Virus record (IMG/VR): IMGVR_UViG_3300016665_000368
Location: 1 to 34,851 of that record
Reading direction: 5' to 3' (one strand)
DNA length: 34,851 nucleotides
DNA from: a virus
Lineage: Duplodnaviria > Caudoviricetes
Part shown: one piece after another, positions 9,475 through 19,267 of the stretch
Layout: each line of letters begins with the position of its first letter
Numbering within the stretch: position 1 is the first letter of the stretch
Position numbers and translations under genes: made by a program
Notes under the pieces: model-generated
Databases searched by the model: none
What the model was told of the DNA's origin: nothing
Seen by the model: only the letters and a program-made list of their open reading frames with translations

Positions 9475-10220
9475 CCATCGTCGCCATCACCATGGTTCGA
9501 GACGAAGCCGACATCATCGACTGGACCCTCGACCATCTCCTCAACCAGGGCATCGACCACATCATCGTCGCCGACAACCTGTCCGTAGACGAAACCCCGT
9601 GGAAACTCGCAGCACTCGCCAACACCGGTCGAGTCACCGTCATCCAAGACGACGAACCCGGCTACTACCAGGACGAGAAAATGACGAGGCTGGCCCACAT
9701 GGCCGCCAACGACTTCGACGCCGAATGGGTTCTCCCCTTCGACGCCGACGAATACTTCTACTGGACAGGCGGCAGCCTCGCCGAATTCTTCAACAAAACC
9801 AGCGCCGACATCATCACCGCCACCGGCTGGGACCATTTGGTCACCGACGACGACGACCCCACCGAACCCAACCCGTTCCGCCGAATCACCCACCGGCGAC
9901 AGGCACCACAGAAAATGGGAAAAGTAGCGTTCCGCTATCACCCCGACATTCACATCGACTTCGGCAATCACTTTCTCTTCAACCATCCCGGCCTACAAGC
10001 CCAAGCCCTCAACTACCGCCACTACCAATACCGCTCATTCGAGCAGTTGGTTACCAAAGCCCGAAACGGGGCAGCCGCCTACAACGCCACCAACCTCCAC
10101 CCCACCTACGGGGCACACTGGCGGCAACTCGGCGAACTCGACGACCGCGTCCTCTGGGCTACCTGGCGGAAACTCTGTGAAGAACCCGGCCTCATCAACG
10201 ACCCGGCACCGATGCCATGA
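9471..10220 (+). CDS. GT2-like glycosyltransferase (Glyco_tranf_2_4 type)
   Basis: 'MVRDEADII', 'IIVADNLSVD', 'WVLPFDADEY' and 'HYQYRSFEQ'. ATG at 9471. Confidence 0.85.
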   Translation: MTIVAITMVRDEADIIDWTLDHLLNQGIDHIIVADNLSVDETPWKLAALANTGRVTVIQDDEPGYYQDEKMTRLAHMAANDFDAEWVLPFDADEYFYWTGGSLAEFFNKTSADIITATGWDHLVTDDDDPTEPNPFRRITHRRQAPQKMGKVAFRYHPDIHIDFGNHFLFNHPGLQAQALNYRHYQYRSFEQLVTKARNGAAAYNATNLHPTYGAHWRQLGELDDRVLWATWRKLCEEPGLINDPAPMP

Positions 10221-10903
10221 CCATCGCAGTCATCATCCCCACTTTCAACCGGCTCGAACTCACCCAAAACTGTCTGGCCTCAATCGCACGCCACGACCCG
10301 ATCGACGAACTCATCATTGTCGACAACGGCTCCACCGACGGCACCGAACGCCTCGCCACCTACCCTCTCAAAATGAACGTCGGCTTTGCGACCGCCTGCA
10401 ACATCGGAGCGAAACACGCCACCGCCGACCATCTCATCTTCCTCAACAACGACACCATCGTCCACCCAAACTGGACATCTATGATCCAGCACCTCGAGCG
10501 CGAAAACGTCGGGATCGTCGGCCCCAAACTCATCTACCCCGACTGCAACATTCAATCCGCTGGAGTGGCCGTCGACTTCAACCGGCCACCAGGGCTCGAA
10601 GCCTGGAACCTCACCACCGACTGGGCCGACACACTCGCCGACGTCGACGCTGTAACCGGCGCCTGCCTCGCCATCGGAAACGACCTTTTCCATCAGCTCG
10701 GAGGGTTCGACACCGGCTACTGGAACGGCTACGAAGACGTCGACCTGTGTTTGGCATCCATAGAAAAAGGGTTCCGCAACGTCTACGATCCAAAGGCAAC
10801 CGTGACACATCTGGAGTCACAATCAGGCCCGGAACGTTGGACGGCCGTGAACGAGAACATCACCCGACTCCGAACCAAATGGAGCCAACATGGCAATCAC
10901 TAA
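10217..10903 (+). CDS. GT2 glycosyltransferase (WbbL/rhamnosyltransferase-like motif set)
   Basis: 'VIIPTFN', 'IVDNGSTDGT', 'NVGFATACNIG', 'IFLNND', 'VTGACL', 'GGFD..Y..GYEDVDLC' and 'HLES'. Confidence 0.9.
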   Translation: MTIAVIIPTFNRLELTQNCLASIARHDPIDELIIVDNGSTDGTERLATYPLKMNVGFATACNIGAKHATADHLIFLNNDTIVHPNWTSMIQHLERENVGIVGPKLIYPDCNIQSAGVAVDFNRPPGLEAWNLTTDWADTLADVDAVTGACLAIGNDLFHQLGGFDTGYWNGYEDVDLCLASIEKGFRNVYDPKATVTHLESQSGPERWTAVNENITRLRTKWSQHGNH

Positions 10904-11525
10904 CGGCTACGCCACCCTCAACGATTTCAAGGCGTACCTCTTCCCCTCCTCAAACTACGGCACCGCCGAAGACCCTCAAATGGAAGCAGCCATTGAATCG
11001 GCCTCCCGAATCATCGACGCCCACACCAACCGGCGCTTCTACAGCGACAGCACCGTCAGCGCGCGCGTCTACTACGCCGACACTCCGATCCGTTGCACCG
11101 TCGACGACTTCTCCACCATCACCGGACTCATCATCAAAACCGACACCGGCGACAACGGCACGTATGACCAAACGTGGGCAGCCACCGAATACATCCTCGA
11201 GCCTCTGAACGCTGAAATTGGTGGCGTCTCCTCCCAGCCGTACAACACGGTCATCGCCACCATTCCGAAACTGTTTCCCACAACCGGCCGTCGACCTCGA
11301 GTCCAAGTCACCGCCAAATGGGGATGGGCCGCTGTACCAGACACAGTCCGCCAAGCCTGCCTCATCCAGGCGGCCCGTCTGTACCGTCGAGCTCAAACAC
11401 CGGAAGGGTTCGCAGCCGGCGAATCATTCGGAGCGATCCGAGTGTCAACAAAACTTGACCCGGACGTTCAAATGCTTCTCGCCCCGTATCGCCGCCAAGG
11501 CGGCCAAGGTCTGGTCATCGGATGA
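10890..11525 (+). CDS. Head-tail connector/adaptor
   Basis: 'YATLNDFKAYL', 'ASRIIDAHTNRRF', 'VQVTAKWGWAAVP..VRQACL' and 'DPDV..LLAPYRR'. Confidence 0.8.
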   Translation: MAITNGYATLNDFKAYLFPSSNYGTAEDPQMEAAIESASRIIDAHTNRRFYSDSTVSARVYYADTPIRCTVDDFSTITGLIIKTDTGDNGTYDQTWAATEYILEPLNAEIGGVSSQPYNTVIATIPKLFPTTGRRPRVQVTAKWGWAAVPDTVRQACLIQAARLYRRAQTPEGFAAGESFGAIRVSTKLDPDVQMLLAPYRRQGGQGLVIG

Positions 11526-11917
11526 ACCTTGTAGACGTAAGAGCAGGCATCACCAACGCCCTTCAAAACATCGAAAACCTCCGAATCTACGAATGGATAC
11601 CGTCGCAGGTTTCGCCGCCAGCAGCGGTCGTCTCATTGGGAACCGGTCAGTATGACGCCGACCTCGACAATGGAATGATCGTCAACTATGGGGTTCTTGT
11701 CATGCTCACCAGGGCAGACGATCAGAAAGGCCAGGCACGCCTCGACGAATTCCTCGGCCAAGGCACAAACTCCATTTTCAACGTCATCGACACCGACCCG
11801 ACCCTCACCGACTCCTGTGATTCCTGCCGGGTCACGTCCTGGGACAACCCCGGAACGTTCACCATCGGAGGCATCGAATACCTCGGAGTGGAAGTCAACC
11901 TTGAGGTTCTTGGCTGA
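11522..11917 (+). CDS. Tail terminator / tail completion protein
   Basis: 131 aa with 'LRIYEWIP..VSPPAAVV'; position between the connector and the tail tube. Confidence 0.55.
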   Translation: MNLVDVRAGITNALQNIENLRIYEWIPSQVSPPAAVVSLGTGQYDADLDNGMIVNYGVLVMLTRADDQKGQARLDEFLGQGTNSIFNVIDTDPTLTDSCDSCRVTSWDNPGTFTIGGIEYLGVEVNLEVLG

Positions 11918-12955
11918 ATGAGAATCCTGACAGTCGAACCCGGCCCGGCTTTCTCAGTCGCAGACGTCCACAACGGATGGCTCAAAGCCTTCCAACGAAC
12001 AGGCAACCAGGTCCGCAACTTTAACCTCGCCGACCGAATCAACTTCATCGAAAACGCCATTCGAGGCAAAGTACCGGAAGCCGAAAAAGACCACATGGCC
12101 GCCCGAATGGTTGCCGAACAATTACGCGCCGTCTGCTTCGATTTCTGGCCCGACCTCATCGTCATCACCTCCGCCTTCCTCGTCCCACCAGAAACGTTTG
12201 ACATCATTCGCTCTCGAGGAATCCGAATAGCAGTGATCCTCACCGAATCACCCTATGAAGATCCTTCACAGCAGCCAATCGCAGCTCGAGCAGACATTGC
12301 CTTCATCAACGACCCCACGAATTTAGATACCTTTCGTGAAAGCCAACCCAACACGTTCTACAGCCCCCAGGCATACGACCCCGAAATCCACTACCGACGC
12401 CCCGTTCAAGACGATCTCCGCTCCGACTTCGCCTGGGTAGGCACCGCCTTCCCCTCCCGAATCGCCTTTTTCGAACAAGTCGACTGGACCGACATTGACG
12501 TCACTTTCGGAGGGAACTGGCAAGACCTCGACGACAACTCACCGCTCCGCCGATACGTCATGCACGATTTGGCGGCCTGTCTGCCGAACGAAGCAACAGC
12601 CGACGTCTACTCCTCCACCCACGCGTCAGCGAACCTCTACCGCAAAGAAGCAGCGAACGGACATTCCACCGGCTGGGCCATGGGGCCTCGAGAGATTGAA
12701 CTGGCCGCAACCGGAACGTTCTTTCTGCGCGAACCACGCCCCGAATCCGACCATGTTCTTTCGATGCTGCCGTCATTCACAAGCCCCGAAGAGTTTGGTG
12801 AGAAACTAAGATGGTGGCTTCAACATCCCGACAAACGTGAAGCCGTAGCAGCCCAGGCCCGAAACGCAGTGGCAGACCGCACGTTCGACAATAATGTCCG
12901 GCAAATGCTGGAACATGTCTCAGCTCTACCGACCAACCCGACCGGCCGGCAGTAA
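11918..12955 (+). CDS. GT-B glycosyltransferase, CgeB / Glyco_trans_1_2-like
   Basis: 'TESPYED', 'AYDPEIH', 'FAWVGT..PSR', 'SANLYR', 'REIELAATGTFFL' and 'F.SPEE...LRWWLQHPDKRE..A..AR'. Confidence 0.82.
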   Translation: MRILTVEPGPAFSVADVHNGWLKAFQRTGNQVRNFNLADRINFIENAIRGKVPEAEKDHMAARMVAEQLRAVCFDFWPDLIVITSAFLVPPETFDIIRSRGIRIAVILTESPYEDPSQQPIAARADIAFINDPTNLDTFRESQPNTFYSPQAYDPEIHYRRPVQDDLRSDFAWVGTAFPSRIAFFEQVDWTDIDVTFGGNWQDLDDNSPLRRYVMHDLAACLPNEATADVYSSTHASANLYRKEAANGHSTGWAMGPREIELAATGTFFLREPRPESDHVLSMLPSFTSPEEFGEKLRWWLQHPDKREAVAAQARNAVADRTFDNNVRQMLEHVSALPTNPTGRQ

Positions 12956-12988
12956 ACCCCAAACCCCCAACTCTCCAAGGAGAAACCA

Positions 12989-13393
12989 ATGGCACGTCGC
13001 CACGGCCGCAACGGTCGCCTCTACCTCGGCATTGCCTCGAGCAGCGCCGCCGCCTCATCCGTCGCATTTCTCAAGCAGTGGTCCGCAGAGTTCGCCACCG
13101 ACACCGCTGAAGTCACCTCGTTCGGTGACTCAAACAAGGTGTATGTCTCGGGTCTCCCCGATGCTCAGGGCAGCTTCTCCGGCCATTGGGATGATGCGAC
13201 CGCACAGTCCTACACAGCCGCCGTTGATGGTGACGCGCGACGCTTCTACCTGTATCCGGACATCACGAACGCCCCGACCGTTTATTGGTACGGAACCGGA
13301 TTCTTCGACTTCTCAGTCGATGCCCCTGTTGATGGTCCGATCACCATCTCGGGCAGCTGGCGCGCAGCCAGCACCATCTCCAAGAACGGCTGA
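12989..13393 (+). CDS. Major tail (tube) protein
   Basis: 'HGRNGRLY', 'WS.E...DTAEVTSFGD..KVYV.GL.D..GSFSG.WD'; strong AAGGAG RBS. Confidence 0.8.
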   Translation: MARRHGRNGRLYLGIASSSAAASSVAFLKQWSAEFATDTAEVTSFGDSNKVYVSGLPDAQGSFSGHWDDATAQSYTAAVDGDARRFYLYPDITNAPTVYWYGTGFFDFSVDAPVDGPITISGSWRAASTISKNG

Positions 13394-13824
13394 TGGCTGT
13401 AGGAGCTGGGGTTTACGTCAGCAACTTGGCCGAGGTCCGGAAGTATCTGCGAAAGATACATCCGGACCTCGTCCCGGTCCTACGCGAAGACCTCAAATCC
13501 GCAATCATTCAAAACACGTTGCCGGCAATCATCCGCCGAGTACCCAGCAAATCCAACAAAGCCAGATTCACCGTCAAAGCCAGATCGGGAGGCAACACCC
13601 TCTACGTCCTGGCAGGTGGCAAATCATCGGCGGCCCCGTACTTCGGATGGTTGGATTTCGGTGGAACACTCCGGAACCGTGGCCGTCGAGGAACAACCAC
13701 CATTGTTCGACCTATCTACAAAAAAGGCCGCTACGTCTACCCTGGAATCATGGAGACACAAAACCGTCTTGTAGAAGCCGCCGGCAAAGCAGTCGACAAA
13801 GCAATCCAATCCGCCCTCCGATAA
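13393..13824 (+). CDS. HK97 gp10-like neck protein
   Basis: Basic 143 aa protein with 'APYFGWLDFGG' and 'GRYVYPG'; lies in the tail region. Confidence 0.55.
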   Translation: MAVGAGVYVSNLAEVRKYLRKIHPDLVPVLREDLKSAIIQNTLPAIIRRVPSKSNKARFTVKARSGGNTLYVLAGGKSSAAPYFGWLDFGGTLRNRGRRGTTTIVRPIYKKGRYVYPGIMETQNRLVEAAGKAVDKAIQSALR

Positions 13825-13839
13825 AGGACAAGCCCGACC

Positions 13840-14130
13840 ATGTTCGACAAATACCGAATCACTCTCAACGACGGGACCGTCATCGAGGCACCAGGCCGCA
13901 AAGCCGACGCCGTCAAATTCGAACGGCAGTTCCATATGCCGATCTCGAAACTTTTCAACGAGGACGGCATCTACACCGAGCACATCATGTTTCTCGGATG
14001 GTGTGCAGTGAAACGGTCAGACCCAGACACCCCCGGTTTCGACGACTGGATCGAAACCGTCAAGGATGTCGACATTGTCACCGGCGAAGAAGTCCCCCCT
14101 ACGGAGCCGAGTTCTTTACCCTCGCTGTAG
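13840..14130 (+). CDS. Tail assembly chaperone (gpG-like)
   Basis: 96 aa ORF upstream of the tape measure, ending just after a C CCC CCT slippery site. Confidence 0.75.
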   Translation: MFDKYRITLNDGTVIEAPGRKADAVKFERQFHMPISKLFNEDGIYTEHIMFLGWCAVKRSDPDTPGFDDWIETVKDVDIVTGEEVPPTEPSSLPSL

Positions 14131-14273
14131 CAGCGATGGCGATGGACTCGGGGATACCAATGTCAGTTCTCCTCGAGGAACCCGACCACTACCTCGACGC
14201 AATGTTCGAAGTTCAACTCAGACGCCGAGAAGCCGCCGAATACGGACCGGACGCGAAGCGTTGGGACGAGTGA
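14094..14273 (+). CDS. Frameshifted extension of the tail chaperone (gpGT-like), -1 frame
   Basis: C CCC CCT at 14094-14100. The -1 frame reads YGAEFFTLAVAAMAMDSGIP...KRWDE* to 14273, ending 10 nt before the tape measure. Confidence 0.7.
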   Translation, partial: PPYGAEFFTLAVAAMAMDSGIPMSVLLEEPDHYLDAMFEVQLRRREAAEYGPDAKRWDE

Positions 14274-14282
14274 GGAAACCCC

Positions 14283-16676
14283 ATGGCCGGTGACAAAAGA
14301 GAAGTCAGGGTTGCCGTAGTCGGCGATGCTGGACAACTCCAACGCGAACTTCTCAAAGCCGAAGGGAAACTCAACTCATTCGGCAACCAAGCCAAAAGCG
14401 CTGGCGACACCCTTCGCTCAGCAGTATTCGGAGGCGCCGTTCTCTACGGAGCCAAGCATCTCGTAGACGCCGCCGCCAACCTCGAACAGGCAATCGGTGG
14501 AACCGCCGCCGTTTTCGAACAAGCCTCTCAACCTGTCAATCAGTTCGCAAAAGACGCCGCCGAACTCGCCGGCCTTTCCGAAGAGGCCGCTAGGACACTC
14601 ACCAGCCGTCTCGGCGCCTCCCTCAAAGGCTTCGGACTGTCCGCCGAAGACGCCGCCAAACAATCAGTTTTCCTCGCCCAAACAGGCGCCGATCTGGCCG
14701 CCACACTCGGAGGAACTACCGACGAAGCCGTCACCGCTTTAGGTGCAGCGCTTCGAGGCGAATACGACCCCCTCGAGCGTTTCGGTATCGCCCTCAAAGC
14801 CTCAGACGTCGCAGCCAAAGCCGTCTCAATGGGATTGGCTGAAAACGAGGCGTCAGTCACGACACTCGCCAAAGGCCAAGCCGCCCTCGCACTCATCACC
14901 GAAAAATCCGGATTTGCTCAAGGACAGTTCGCGAAGGAAGCCGACACAGCCGCCGGACAAGCCGCCATCGCATCAGCAAAAACAAAAAACGCCTCCGCTG
15001 ATCTCGGCAAATCGCTTCTCCCGATCTACACCAAAATCCAAGAAGTGATCGCAGCTGTAGCCGATGCGTTCTCAATGCTGCCAGGGCCGGTACAAACCGG
15101 AGTCATCGGACTGGCCGGCATGGCATTAGTCGGACCCAAACTTGTTGAAGCGTTCGGCGCGATGACATCGGCAGCAAAAACAGCCGGAACCGCAATTCTC
15201 GACGCCGGAGCAAAAGCCGTCACAACCAACACGGCCATCGCTTCAATGAACATTTCCACACAAGCCGCTGGAACAGGCGCCACAGCCGCCGCCGGTGGCC
15301 TGGGGCTTCTCGGCCCGGCAGCCATAGCGGTCGCCGGTGCAGCAGTCATCGGTGGACTCGCCTGGAAGTCCTACAGCGACGAACAGGCAGCAGTCGCCAA
15401 AGACATCAAAACCTTCAAAGAAAGTTTCGATGAGCTCACCGGCGCAATGACCGAAAACACCTACGAAACGGTCAAAGCCACTCTCGAATCCAAAAACCAA
15501 ATCGACAACCTCAACAAAGCCGGCATCTCAACCCGACAATTCACCGACGTTCTCGACGACAACCGTGACGCCCTGGTCAACCAAGGCGACGTCGAGGCCG
15601 CTTTGCGAATGCAAACTGAGTACGGAACCGAAGCCACCCAAGATCGAATCGACGCCATCAGAGCGGCAGGCGGAGCTCAAAACGAACTCATCGCACGCCT
15701 TCTCGAAACAGAGGCCGCGGATATGGGCCTCATCGAAACTCTTTACAACGGCATCGACGCCTACAATCAGCAGCAGGAAGCAATCCGGCAACTCAACATT
15801 CAAAAAGGATTGTCAGAAGGCAAATCGGAAGCACAGGCCACCGCCGAAGCGAACCTGGCCTCCGAATACGAGAAAGTCAAAGACAAAGTCGAAGACCTTT
15901 ACGACGCCACCTCCGACCTTCTCAGTTTGTACGTTTCCCAAGAAGAAGCGGATATGAAGTTGACTGAGGCCCAGAAGGCTTACAACGACAGCCTCAAAAA
16001 CGGTGGCCTCTCCGCTGATGAACGGAAACAAAAAGAACTCGACCTCATCAAAGCCTTCGAAACTCAAGCGAAACTGGCTGTGGAGAATGCTGAGAATCAG
16101 GCTGCCCTTCAAGGCAAAACTCTTTCGGCAGGTGAAGCGGCCGCCATTCAGTCGCAGAAATACAAAGACCTCGCCGGCACACTCGCCCCCGATAGCCCAC
16201 TGCGGAAACGAATCGAAGAGCTTTCACTTCAAATGTTTCTTCTGTCGTTACAAGACCCGGTTGTTCGGATCCGCGTGGAAACTGAAGCAGCAATGGCGAA
16301 GTTCAAAGCGTTCCTTCGTGACTTAGGTATCCCGGAAGGCGGCCAGGTTGGGTTAGGTGAAATCCTCACCTACTCGAGTAACTATGTGGAGAAACGTGCA
16401 GCCGGTGGGCCTGTCGATTCCAACACCCCATATCTGGTCGGCGAAAAAGGCCCCGAGCTTTTCATGCCATCCACGGCCGGCCGAATCATCGACGCCTTCT
16501 CCACCAGCAAAGCGCTTCTCAACAACACAGGGGCAGGCATGGCCGGCCCTGTCGGCGGTGGCATCACCATCAACGTTTCTGTTTCACCAACCGCCGACAG
16601 AGCCGCCATCGGACAAACCATCGTTGAAGCAATCTCGAGCTATGAACGCCGTTCCGGTACAGGCTGGCGGTCATGA
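14283..16676 (+). CDS. Tape measure protein
   Basis: 797 aa, Ala-rich and helical, with hydrophobic central segments and C-terminal 'RAAGGPV...YLVGEKGPELF'. Confidence 0.92.
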   Translation: MAGDKREVRVAVVGDAGQLQRELLKAEGKLNSFGNQAKSAGDTLRSAVFGGAVLYGAKHLVDAAANLEQAIGGTAAVFEQASQPVNQFAKDAAELAGLSEEAARTLTSRLGASLKGFGLSAEDAAKQSVFLAQTGADLAATLGGTTDEAVTALGAALRGEYDPLERFGIALKASDVAAKAVSMGLAENEASVTTLAKGQAALALITEKSGFAQGQFAKEADTAAGQAAIASAKTKNASADLGKSLLPIYTKIQEVIAAVADAFSMLPGPVQTGVIGLAGMALVGPKLVEAFGAMTSAAKTAGTAILDAGAKAVTTNTAIASMNISTQAAGTGATAAAGGLGLLGPAAIAVAGAAVIGGLAWKSYSDEQAAVAKDIKTFKESFDELTGAMTENTYETVKATLESKNQIDNLNKAGISTRQFTDVLDDNRDALVNQGDVEAALRMQTEYGTEATQDRIDAIRAAGGAQNELIARLLETEAADMGLIETLYNGIDAYNQQQEAIRQLNIQKGLSEGKSEAQATAEANLASEYEKVKDKVEDLYDATSDLLSLYVSQEEADMKLTEAQKAYNDSLKNGGLSADERKQKELDLIKAFETQAKLAVENAENQAALQGKTLSAGEAAAIQSQKYKDLAGTLAPDSPLRKRIEELSLQMFLLSLQDPVVRIRVETEAAMAKFKAFLRDLGIPEGGQVGLGEILTYSSNYVEKRAAGGPVDSNTPYLVGEKGPELFMPSTAGRIIDAFSTSKALLNNTGAGMAGPVGGGITINVSVSPTADRAAIGQTIVEAISSYERRSGTGWRS

Positions 16677-18613
16677 GCGAATTGCTATTCGACGGAATGA
16701 CAGTCACCGTCGAAATTAGGTTCGGAGGAACCTGGACAGACGTGACCGAATATGTGCGGAACGTCTCCACAAGTCGCGGTCGATCATCCGAACTTGACAC
16801 CTACTCGACCGGCTCATGCAACATCACTTTGGACAATCGGACACGACTGTTCGATCCGGAGAACACTGCCGGCCCCTACTACGGCAATCTCACACCGCTT
16901 CGAAGCGTTCGCATCAAAGCGACTAGCGGAGCAACCACCTACGACATTTTCCGGGGATATATCGAGCAGTGGCCGCAGTCGTACATAAACCCGAACGATG
17001 CGTTTGTGACAATCACAGCGTCAGACGCGTTCAAAGTTCTCAACATGAGGATTCTTCCCTCGCATTGGGAAATCGCTATTGGGGCAGAAAAACTCCGGTG
17101 GTTTCGAATGGCGGATTTCAGTGGCTCTTTCTATGTTTTCGACTCAGCGAACTCAAGGTCAACTTCTGCTCAGTGGATGTCATCGGCAGGAGCCGGGGTC
17201 ACGTCATTCTGCAATCCCGGTCCGCCTTTAATCGTCGGAGAGTCAACGACCTCTTCAGCGTTTGATGGTGCCAGATTTGTTCAGGCTGTCGACCCTCTCG
17301 GCATCAACGGAGTCACTCCGCTCTACAGCGAGTGGTCTGTTGAAATGTGGATTCAAACCACAGAAACAGAGGACGGGAACTATGGCATCTGGAACCACGG
17401 AGATTTCATTCATGGCGGCAGCCTGGGAATGGTTGTAGCCGGAGGCAACGCCACCCTCGTCGGACAGTTCGGTAACCGTGGCAACTCAAACGCCATGTAC
17501 ACAAACAACGTTCAAGTGACTGTGAACGACGGCCGGCCCCATCACGTTTACATGACCTACCGGTCCGACCCTTCTTCCTTCACAGTCCAAGAGCTGTACG
17601 TCGACGGAAGCAACCTTGACGTCTCAACCGGTTCTTTCACCGATGTTGTAGAGCAGGGCTACTCGTTCATGACCATCGGCGCTCCGATCTACAAAAGCGC
17701 CACAGCATCCAACAATTTTACAAAATACTTCCGTGGTTCGATCCAAGAAGTTGTTGTCTGGGGGCAAGTTTTCGATGGGAGTTTCGGAAACGAACCCCTT
17801 GACCATTACGAATCCGGCTCCGGGAAACGATATCAAGGTGACCTCACAGGAACCCGAATGGCATATCTCCTCGGCTTTGTGAACTGGCCGTATGACCTGA
17901 CTGATTTGGCAGCAGGTCAATCAACTGTCCTCGGATTGATCACGACAGGCAAAAACGTTCTCGACGCTTTGAGAGAAATGGAAACCGCTGAACAGGGCCG
18001 GCTTTTCATATCTAAAAACGGTTCAGTGAAATTCGTTGATCGAAACGCTTTAGGCGAAGGCAACTTCGTGACCGTTCAGGCACAATTCGACGATCTCGGC
18101 CGAAACGACGTCAACCACGGCATTCCCTACACCGACATCACTTTCACCTACGACGACCGGTACATCTTCAACGACATAGTCGTCAGACAGCCCGGAGGTA
18201 ACTTCGCTGAAGCCGAAGACTCCACCTCCCAATCGAAGTATTTCAAGCGAACGTCGACGATCGACAACGTCCAAGTAGACAACGGCTACCTCCTCACAAA
18301 CATCGCCGCCTCCCGACTCACCCAATACAAAGACCCCGAAATTCGTATCGACTCTTTGACAGTGAACGGCCGAGCCGAACCAGCGAAACAAGGAACCATC
18401 CTCGACCTCGAGATCGGTGACCGCGTCACCGTCATCCGAACCCCAGCAGTCGGGACAGAGATTGAGAAAACTCTTATCATTGAAGGCGTGAAACATTCGT
18501 TCACGACTGACAGTTGGATCGTCACGTTCAACACGTCCCCAACGAACAACGCACCATTCGTCCTCGACTCGTCGCTTCTTGGCGTACTCGACACCAACGT
18601 CCTCGGCTACTAG
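16673..18613 (+). CDS. Tail tip / minor tail protein with internal LamG (concanavalin-like) domain
   Basis: N-terminal 'WTDVTEYVR.VS..RGR..ELD....G.C.ITLDN'; internal 'WSVEMWIQT', 'NDGRPHHV', 'LYVDG' and 'FRGSIQEV'; C-terminal 'LEIGDRVTV'. Confidence 0.8.
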   Translation: MSELLFDGMTVTVEIRFGGTWTDVTEYVRNVSTSRGRSSELDTYSTGSCNITLDNRTRLFDPENTAGPYYGNLTPLRSVRIKATSGATTYDIFRGYIEQWPQSYINPNDAFVTITASDAFKVLNMRILPSHWEIAIGAEKLRWFRMADFSGSFYVFDSANSRSTSAQWMSSAGAGVTSFCNPGPPLIVGESTTSSAFDGARFVQAVDPLGINGVTPLYSEWSVEMWIQTTETEDGNYGIWNHGDFIHGGSLGMVVAGGNATLVGQFGNRGNSNAMYTNNVQVTVNDGRPHHVYMTYRSDPSSFTVQELYVDGSNLDVSTGSFTDVVEQGYSFMTIGAPIYKSATASNNFTKYFRGSIQEVVVWGQVFDGSFGNEPLDHYESGSGKRYQGDLTGTRMAYLLGFVNWPYDLTDLAAGQSTVLGLITTGKNVLDALREMETAEQGRLFISKNGSVKFVDRNALGEGNFVTVQAQFDDLGRNDVNHGIPYTDITFTYDDRYIFNDIVVRQPGGNFAEAEDSTSQSKYFKRTSTIDNVQVDNGYLLTNIAASRLTQYKDPEIRIDSLTVNGRAEPAKQGTILDLEIGDRVTVIRTPAVGTEIEKTLIIEGVKHSFTTDSWIVTFNTSPTNNAPFVLDSSLLGVLDTNVLGY

Positions 18614-18622
18614 GAGACCCTC

Positions 18623-19267
18623 ATGGGTTCAGGATTCAAACAATTCACCGCATCAGTTCTCACCGCTTCAGACGTCAACAACTTTCTGATGGAACAGACA
18701 GTGATGTCGTTTGTGTCTGACGGGGCGCGCGACGCTGCCGTCACCGCCCCCGAAGACGGCATGGTCGCCTACATCCGTTCCAACGACGCCAACGAAGGTC
18801 TCTACACCTACAACGGCACCAACTGGAGGAAAGGCCCAGGCTGGAACGCCCCATGGGGTGTTGTAGGGCGCGCGCTGATCACCTCGTCAACATCGGCAAC
18901 GACAGCGACCACCGTGGTGGGGTCCACGATCAGTTACACACAGGTTGCTAATCGGGTTTACAAGTATTCGGTGACTGGCCACGCGTTCTGGGGAAGTGTG
19001 AACGATGGGTTCCGTTGTTCAATTACTAACGGCTCCGGCACCGCCTACATCCACCACGACCAAATCCCCCTCGGCAACTCCACCAACTACGGAAACGGCT
19101 TTTCCTTCAATTGGTATGAGCTGCCAACCTCGACGGCTTCGGTGACTCGCGAGCTTCGAGTCAGTCGTTTCTACGGCACCTCGAGCACAGTGCAATTCTT
19201 CGCCGATTCCACCCGAATCGGTTCTTTGATCATCGAGGACATCGGAGCAGCTGGGGCGCCAGTCTGA
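18623..19267 (+). CDS. Minor tail / receptor-binding protein
   Basis: 'VLTASDVN..LM.Q.V..F....ARDAA...P..GM..Y' N-terminal anchor, beta-rich C-terminus and position after the tail tip gene. Confidence 0.6.
   Translation: MGSGFKQFTASVLTASDVNNFLMEQTVMSFVSDGARDAAVTAPEDGMVAYIRSNDANEGLYTYNGTNWRKGPGWNAPWGVVGRALITSSTSATTATTVVGSTISYTQVANRVYKYSVTGHAFWGSVNDGFRCSITNGSGTAYIHHDQIPLGNSTNYGNGFSFNWYELPTSTASVTRELRVSRFYGTSSTVQFFADSTRIGSLIIEDIGAAGAPV

Noticed and set aside
6843-12955. Glycosyltransferases as a DNA hypermodification or serotype-conversion system
   Set aside because: No base hydroxymethylase or TET-like gene, no GtrA/GtrB or polytopic membrane transferase, and the location is within the virion operon. 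Not excluded experimentally.
12894-14093. 459-aa ORF 12894..14273 as a single gene
   Set aside because: It overlaps three well-supported tail genes in other frames. Only its last ~57 codons make sense, as the frameshift extension.
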